From the IMG/VR virus record IMGVR_UViG_2690315831_000002: a stretch of DNA of 37,164 nucleotides; one strand, 5' to 3'. Below are positions 31,674 to 37,164 of this stretch, one piece after another (the stretch's first letter is position 1; every line of letters starts with the position of its first letter). The DNA comes from a virus (lineage: Duplodnaviria > Heunggongvirae > Uroviricota > Caudoviricetes). The translations under genes and the position numbers were made by a program. Below the pieces are notes generated by a model. That model ran no database searches. It was not told the DNA's origin and saw nothing but the letters and a program-made list of their open reading frames with translations.

Positions 31674-33656
31674 TTGCTCAACAAGTATAATGGAGTTCCC
31701 GTGGATACAGCAGAACATGATGGCAAATTTGCTTGGGCTAGTTTTTATGAGGCTTTTGCCAACGCGTTACTGACTTGGCGAAATCGTAGAGATGAATTAG
31801 TCAAAGGTATTCATCTAATTGCCTCAGGTGTGGAAGGAATGTCCCATCTGCAGGACAAATCTATTATGGGAGAGATCTTTCCCTTAAAAGACATTTGTCC
31901 GTTTACTACTATGGGCTTGTTCAATCGTAACTTGACCGACAGCAATCGCAAAATTATTGCTGCCAAGCTAGCGAATTTGTTGGGCGTGAACGAACCGATT
32001 CCTGACTCCTTTGCCGGAATCCCGCTGTTGAATAACCAAAAATCTTGGTTCTTTGGTTATGAAAAGTCACGCGACCCTAATGACATTGAATGCTTGTGGG
32101 AAATGTTCTCGCAGGCAATGACCTTTGCGGATAACCAGAATACTAACTCTGCAGACTTCACTGCCGCATATGACATCGCTTCTACAGTAATGAATGTCGG
32201 TTGGAATCTCACCATGGGGTTGTACTGGACCCGTCCTTGGTTCTACCCTACTTTAGATAGCCAGTCGCAGTATTACATTCAGACAGTGTTAAACATTAAG
32301 ATCATTAAAAACGGGGCAAAAGGTCGCTGTAGTGGACAAAGTTACCTGAGTCTTATGCGGGCGCTGAACGAGGTCTTTACCCAACCAAACTATCCGGTTC
32401 ATTCTTTCCCAGAACTTTCTTTATCAGCGTGGAATACAGATCTTAGCCAGTCTAAAGATGAGGTGGCAAATAGAACGTGGAAAGCCTCTTTACTGAATAA
32501 AATTAAGGCGTTATGCCTGAAAAAAAATGGCCCTTATTTCACTGCTTCGGAGTTGGAAGAAAACTACTTGGACGTATTCAAGGTAGAGCATCCTGAGAGC
32601 AAAACAGTTACAAGCTCAATCTACTTTTATCTACAGAAACTATGCAATGATGATGAGTTAAAGTCCCTTGAGTCCGGAAATTATGAATACCTGAATTTTG
32701 AGAAAAACGAATCCCAGACGATAACTGAGGAAACTGTCGAAGAGAGTGCGCCGTTGCCAAAACTCACTCACGTTCCTTATGACATCAGTCATCTGGTGCA
32801 GGATGGCTGTTTCTTGGAAGAGGCTAAGATCCAACTCACACTTCAGCGCCTGATCGACAAGAAAAACCTGATATTACAAGGACCACCCGGAACTGGAAAA
32901 ACCTGGTTAGCGCGACGTTTGGCGTACTGCTTGATGGGAGAAAAAGCACCTGAGCGTATTAGCGCGGTGCAATTTCACCCGAACCTCTCTTACGAAGACT
33001 TTATTCGCGGCTGGCGTCCAGGTAAAGAAGGGCAATTGACGCTAATTGATGGACCTTTTGTAAATGCAATCAAAACTGCAGTCAATAATCCTACCTCGAA
33101 ATATGTGGTGATAATTGAAGAGATTAATCGTGGCAATCCGGCGCAAATCTTCGGTGAAACACTCACGTTGATGGAAGCAGATAAACGCACGCCGACTGAG
33201 GCATTATCTCTTTCCTATCCTAAAAATGATGATGAAAAAATATACATTCCTGAGAATCTATATATCATCGGTACGATGAATATTGCAGACCGCTCACTCG
33301 CACTACTTGACCTAGCGCTGCGCCGTCGTTTCGCGTTTATCGATCTAAAGCCAGCTTTTAATGACGCGTGGAGAAACTGGGTAAATTATAATTACGCAAT
33401 TGATTTTGACATGTTAGCATTCATCAAATCTCGACTGACGGTACTTAACGATATGCTGGCAAAAGATGTTACCTTAGGACCACAGTTTTGTATCGGTCAC
33501 AGCTATGTCACCCCAGCTATCGGCCAAAAAATCAACGATGCCCAGGCTTGGTATGAACAAGTCGTTGATACAGAGATCTGCCCTTTGCTCGCCGAATATT
33601 GGTTCGATGCTCCAAATAAAGTCGATGAAGCCAGAAAAGTGTTATTAGCAAAATGA
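31674..33656 (+). CDS. mcrB: McrB-like AAA+ GTPase subunit of a type IV restriction system, with long unassigned N-terminal domain; start uncertain (TTG)
   Basis: C-terminal 300 aa closely resemble E. coli McrB (e.g. 'NLILQGPPGTGKTWLARRLAYCLMGEKAPERISAVQFHPNLSYEDFIRGWRP', 'YIIGTMNIADRSLALLDLALRRRFAFIDL') as recalled; N-terminal about 370 aa unlike the K-12 McrB N-terminal domain. Confidence 0.85.
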   Translation: MLNKYNGVPVDTAEHDGKFAWASFYEAFANALLTWRNRRDELVKGIHLIASGVEGMSHLQDKSIMGEIFPLKDICPFTTMGLFNRNLTDSNRKIIAAKLANLLGVNEPIPDSFAGIPLLNNQKSWFFGYEKSRDPNDIECLWEMFSQAMTFADNQNTNSADFTAAYDIASTVMNVGWNLTMGLYWTRPWFYPTLDSQSQYYIQTVLNIKIIKNGAKGRCSGQSYLSLMRALNEVFTQPNYPVHSFPELSLSAWNTDLSQSKDEVANRTWKASLLNKIKALCLKKNGPYFTASELEENYLDVFKVEHPESKTVTSSIYFYLQKLCNDDELKSLESGNYEYLNFEKNESQTITEETVEESAPLPKLTHVPYDISHLVQDGCFLEEAKIQLTLQRLIDKKNLILQGPPGTGKTWLARRLAYCLMGEKAPERISAVQFHPNLSYEDFIRGWRPGKEGQLTLIDGPFVNAIKTAVNNPTSKYVVIIEEINRGNPAQIFGETLTLMEADKRTPTEALSLSYPKNDDEKIYIPENLYIIGTMNIADRSLALLDLALRRRFAFIDLKPAFNDAWRNWVNYNYAIDFDMLAFIKSRLTVLNDMLAKDVTLGPQFCIGHSYVTPAIGQKINDAQAWYEQVVDTEICPLLAEYWFDAPNKVDEARKVLLAK

Positions 33657-34774
33657 CGACAATAACCGGGAGTGAGCAACATACAGCATCACGTATTCCC
33701 ATGCGAAATATCTGGATGCTGATGCTGTACGCTTCAGATCTGTTTCGTCAGTTAGGGCGCAATCAGATCGCAGTAGAAGATAACCCAGCAGAAATCCCCG
33801 ACCTGGTGGCGACAATCCTCCTTCATGAGATTACGCTGCGCCGACGTCGCAATTTAAATATGGGATACCAAACTTGTCATGCGGCCCTGAACCGGGTGAG
33901 AGGGCGCATTGACATACTGTATACTGCCAGTCATCAACTACTGGAACGGGGACAGGTTGCCTGCCATTTTCAAGACATAACCCTCAACACCCCCCGAAAT
34001 CGCTATGTTCGCTGTGCGTTAGAACGTCTGGCCTCAATCATAGTGAAACCGTCTTTGGCGGCAGATTGCCATTTTATGGCAATATCACTTCGCCGTGAGG
34101 GGATAAATGGAGGATATCCTGCCCCCCACGAATTACCCTCAGTGTGGCGTTTTGGACGCCATGATGCCGCAGATAAACCGATGGTCGATGCCGCACGATT
34201 AGCTTTTGAACTGCTGATGCCGACCGAAGATCAAGGCCAATATCTTTTACCTGCGCCCTCAAATAACCTTTACTGGATGAGAAGACTATTTGAAAAAGGT
34301 ATCGCTGGCTTATATCGTGTACACCTTGCCAAAACAACTTGGCAGGTCTCTGCAGGGAAAGAGCTGAAATGGGCGTTGAGCGATCAAAGTGCAGGTAGTG
34401 CAGAGATTTTCCCGACAATGAAGTCAGACATTATTCTGGAACACAAGACTGCCCAGCGGCGTATTATTATCGATACCAAATTTAATTCGATTCTGACAAA
34501 GGGTTGGCATCGGGAGCAATCACTACGTAATGGCTATATTTATCAGCTATATACCTACCTTAGAACACAGGAGAACAAGACGGATCCGCTTTCGCTCAAT
34601 GCCGCTGGTCTTCTACTTCATCCAGCTGTTGGCTATATGCTTAATGAGTATGTTGTCACTCAGGGACATAAGATCCATTTTGCTACAGTAGATATGACGG
34701 TAGATGCTAAAGCAATTAAAAAACAATTGCTGGCAATAGCCCATGATTGTGCAGGAGTCGCGGTTGATGACTAA
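33653..34774 (+). CDS. mcrC: McrC-like nuclease subunit
   Basis: 373 aa, start overlaps mcrB stop (ATGA); N-terminus 'IPMRNIWMLMLYA' parallels McrC 'IPVRNIYYMLTYA' as recalled; 'IIIDTKF' matches the PD-(D/E)xK-type core position. Confidence 0.85.
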   Translation: MTTITGSEQHTASRIPMRNIWMLMLYASDLFRQLGRNQIAVEDNPAEIPDLVATILLHEITLRRRRNLNMGYQTCHAALNRVRGRIDILYTASHQLLERGQVACHFQDITLNTPRNRYVRCALERLASIIVKPSLAADCHFMAISLRREGINGGYPAPHELPSVWRFGRHDAADKPMVDAARLAFELLMPTEDQGQYLLPAPSNNLYWMRRLFEKGIAGLYRVHLAKTTWQVSAGKELKWALSDQSAGSAEIFPTMKSDIILEHKTAQRRIIIDTKFNSILTKGWHREQSLRNGYIYQLYTYLRTQENKTDPLSLNAAGLLLHPAVGYMLNEYVVTQGHKIHFATVDMTVDAKAIKKQLLAIAHDCAGVAVDD

Positions 34775-35479
34775 CCATCCTATAAGGCACTGGCTGTAAT
34801 ATAATCATTAGTTTCAATTAAGTAGCTGTTATCCGTGCTTAGTCATCATATGACGCACCACGGTCTAATTTTCCTGCTCATACATTGATATATCCTTGTC
34901 GAGCCCGGAAAGTCGCAGTCCACTATTAGGTATACCGATTGCCAGCACCAAAAGCTTCTTTGTAATTATTATATCGGGGAATGCCTATTTTTTAGTGACA
35001 ATATCAGATAGCAAATAATAAGCGGTGCCGGTAATGGATGTTATGTTTAATGTATAGACACAGCCATCATAAAATAAACGTCTGTTGTTCGCTCATAACC
35101 GACATTTATCTCAGTTATGGAAGATAATTATGTATGCAGATAATGGGGCAGACAGTCGTGGAGTAAACAAGGTTTTGCACTGCTTGGCGGCATCGTTATC
35201 TTATTTTTAATTATGTGCCTCTTAACATAAGTTGGGACAAAACAGAGACACATAAGGTCTCACAAAGGTCTGCAAGGCCTCACATGTATTGAGGTGTTAA
35301 TAAAATGTAGACTTGTAATTTGGATATAAATGGTAGAGAAAACCTTTCCCCAAAATAAAAACGAACGTCAATGAAATCAAACGGTTGAATAAAGTTGATT
35401 TTGGCTAATAAAAAAACAATAAAATAATTTTTATCATTAAATATCAATGACTTGAACTTAATGTTTTTATATACTGTTA

Positions 35480-35637
35480 CGCCATATGGGCTGGACTGAA
35501 GCCGCAGACCTGATTGTTAAAGGTATGGAAGGCGCAATCAATGCGAAGACCGTAACCTATGACTTCGAGCGTCTGATGGAAGGCGCTAAACTGCTGAAAT
35601 GTTCAGAATTTGGTGATGCGATCATCAAGAACATGTA
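35480..35637 (+). pseudogene. icdC: icd 3' fragment (icdC-type duplication marking attR)
   Basis: Encodes '...[51 protein letters not shown]', the C-terminal about 50 residues of isocitrate dehydrogenase with no upstream icd sequence; matches the about 160-bp icd duplication known for e14/phage 21 integration. Confidence 0.85.
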
Positions 35638-35662
35638 ATCACTACATGTGTTTAATATTGCA

Positions 35663-35694
35663 ACGGGCGTATAACACGCCCGTTGTTTTATTTA
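35663..35694 (+). terminator. Rho-independent terminator (icd terminator)
   Basis: 'ACGGGCG-tataaca-CGCCCGT' followed by TGTTTTATTT directly after the icd stop. Confidence 0.7.
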
Positions 35695-35740
35695 TGTAGG
35701 TATTATTAATAGCATATCGAGCATATTTATATAAAACCCT

Positions 35741-36064
35741 TTACTTGAGCCCATATGGGCATATTTTTATAATGCAACTATTATGCAAACATTTATTTGT
35801 TATTTTGCTTTCTCCTGGAGGACACTCTTGACTGCTTTTGAGTAGACTCCATAAATCCTTGTTGAATGGTGCGATGTTATAAATAGTAATAGGATATTCT
35901 TTATCTTTAAGGATAATTCCAGATTTAACCGGTGTAAATATACTGCCAGGAGGGAGAAATATAGTAGATTGATACCAGATGATCATTTTCATATTACCCC
36001 ATATGGCTGAAAAAGATATGCCGCATGAAGGTTGAATTATCGTGTCAATTACTATCCACTTCAT
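35741..36064 (-). CDS. iraM: Anti-adaptor protein IraM (RssB inhibitor)
   Basis: 107 aa '[32 protein letters not shown]...' matches E. coli IraM as recalled; lies next to the icd fragment as in K-12. Confidence 0.8.
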   Translation of the reverse strand: MKWIVIDTIIQPSCGISFSAIWGNMKMIIWYQSTIFLPPGSIFTPVKSGIILKDKEYPITIYNIAPFNKDLWSLLKSSQECPPGESKITNKCLHNSCIIKICPYGLK

Positions 36065-36759
36065 TTGTTATGTCTTATCCCACGGTATTTAATATAGTTC
36101 ATTTGGATGTTCATTTCTTTATTTTGCATATGAGTATATTACCCCTTCAAAAAATAAATTAATTAAAACGATTGCTTATATAAAACAAAATTTAAAGCAA
36201 GGAATCTCAATGGATGTTAAACAAAATGAGATTTAGTGAAAACAATAAATTATTCACTTCGTTTTAGATTTGTTTAGCTATAATGTTATACATTCAAATG
36301 ACTGAACATCCTGTAATTAAAACATAGCCTTTATGCTACTTTGTGCCAATTTGCTAAACATTATGGTTGCCTTTTTATATAACGATAATAATGAATATAA
36401 GCATGACATGAGAATAAGGTTTCAATTTTTGAGTTATATAGGAAAGGTTTAACCTGTTCCTGGCTAAAATACATATAACTGGATGATGACTAAACCAAAA
36501 CACATGTGCGTTAAGTATTGAAACGGGCGTATGGCACACCCGTTGTTTTTATAAATATATTAACCGTTATAAAATAACGTATAGAAAGTCAAGTGATCAC
36601 ATTTCAAATATCAATTTGATAGTATTGGCATGGTGATTATTTATGGGTAGCAATAAAAGGACAGTATTTATCATCCATAGGGATAGTCTCTGTACTTTTA
36701 TTCCCATTATGCTAATGCCTTACTGAATTATGAAGCATTTCTTAAGCATCCAACTTTAG

Positions 36760-37164
36760 CTAGATTAATGGTTTATTATTTTCTACATCTTCAATATATA
36801 AAAGCGTATTATCAATGGCGTAGTAACTGCGTTTGTTATGATTAACATCAGTAACCCACCGGAAAACGCCCGCGCCTGCTAGTGTTGAACAGTATTCCCG
36901 AAATGTAGATTTTCCGCAAATATGAAGCAATGCGGCCTCTTTTATTTTAGCAGGGTTCTTGGTCGTACTAACTTTTAACAGGTTCCTGGTTCCTCTTAAT
37001 AACAAAACCGTGTCATCGTGAGTAATAATTCTGATGTTATCCGTAGCCAGATAATAAATGTAATGTGCAATACGGTGATGTTTTAATTCTGAATAAAACC
37101 AGGAGAAGTTTTGCTCTTTTCTCACTTGCTCAAACATCTTTTGAAAAACAACGACCTGATCCAT
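36760..37164 (-). CDS. ycgX: YcgX-like DUF1398 protein (chromosomal flank)
   Basis: 134-aa ORF, same size and position relative to iraM as K-12 ycgX; sequence identity not verified. Confidence 0.55.
   Translation of the reverse strand: MDQVVVFQKMFEQVRKEQNFSWFYSELKHHRIAHYIYYLATDNIRIITHDDTVLLLRGTRNLLKVSTTKNPAKIKEAALLHICGKSTFREYCSTLAGAGVFRWVTDVNHNKRSYYAIDNTLLYIEDVENNKPLI

Noticed and set aside
34775-35479. AT-rich spacer between mcrC and the icd fragment, with a short direct repeat 'AAGGTCTCACA / AAGGCCTCACA' and tiny ORFs
   Set aside because: No ORF of credible length or motif; the repeat is only two imperfect copies. Treated as non-coding spacer, possibly holding the attR core, which cannot be pinned down without the attL sequence.

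Overview
The window is a defective lambdoid prophage integrated at the 3' end of icd (the e14 / phage 21-type site), in prophage order, with chromosomal iraM and ycgX at the right edge. Its backbone is a mosaic: exo-bet-gam, P, R-Rz-Rz1-bor-cos-nu1-A-W-B-C-D are essentially lambda-like, while int, the cI/YdaS/YdaT immunity region, the O N-terminal domain with its iterons, the DLP12-like nin genes, Q and the holin are divergent. An in-frame E'-'lom fusion marks a deletion of the major capsid and all tail genes, so no particle can be made. Most interesting are several low-GC cargo genes sitting in classical moron slots: (1) a ThsA-like SIR2 protein with an unassigned C-terminal domain at the rexAB position, co-oriented with cI; (2) a two-gene operon (unknown 339-aa protein plus a NADAR/YbiA-like protein) inserted where ren should be, leaving an 11-codon ren stub; (3) a 160-aa protein with a possible HEPN-like motif; (4) a DUF3800-like gene antisense between Q and the holin; (5) an Acyl_transf_3 membrane acyltransferase after the tail fibre; (6) a McrBC-like type IV restriction pair with a long, unassigned McrB N-terminal domain next to attR. 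I consider (1) and (2) the best candidates for an undescribed NAD+/ADP-ribose-based anti-phage function. All homology statements are from reading the translations and recalling reference sequences; no searches were run.
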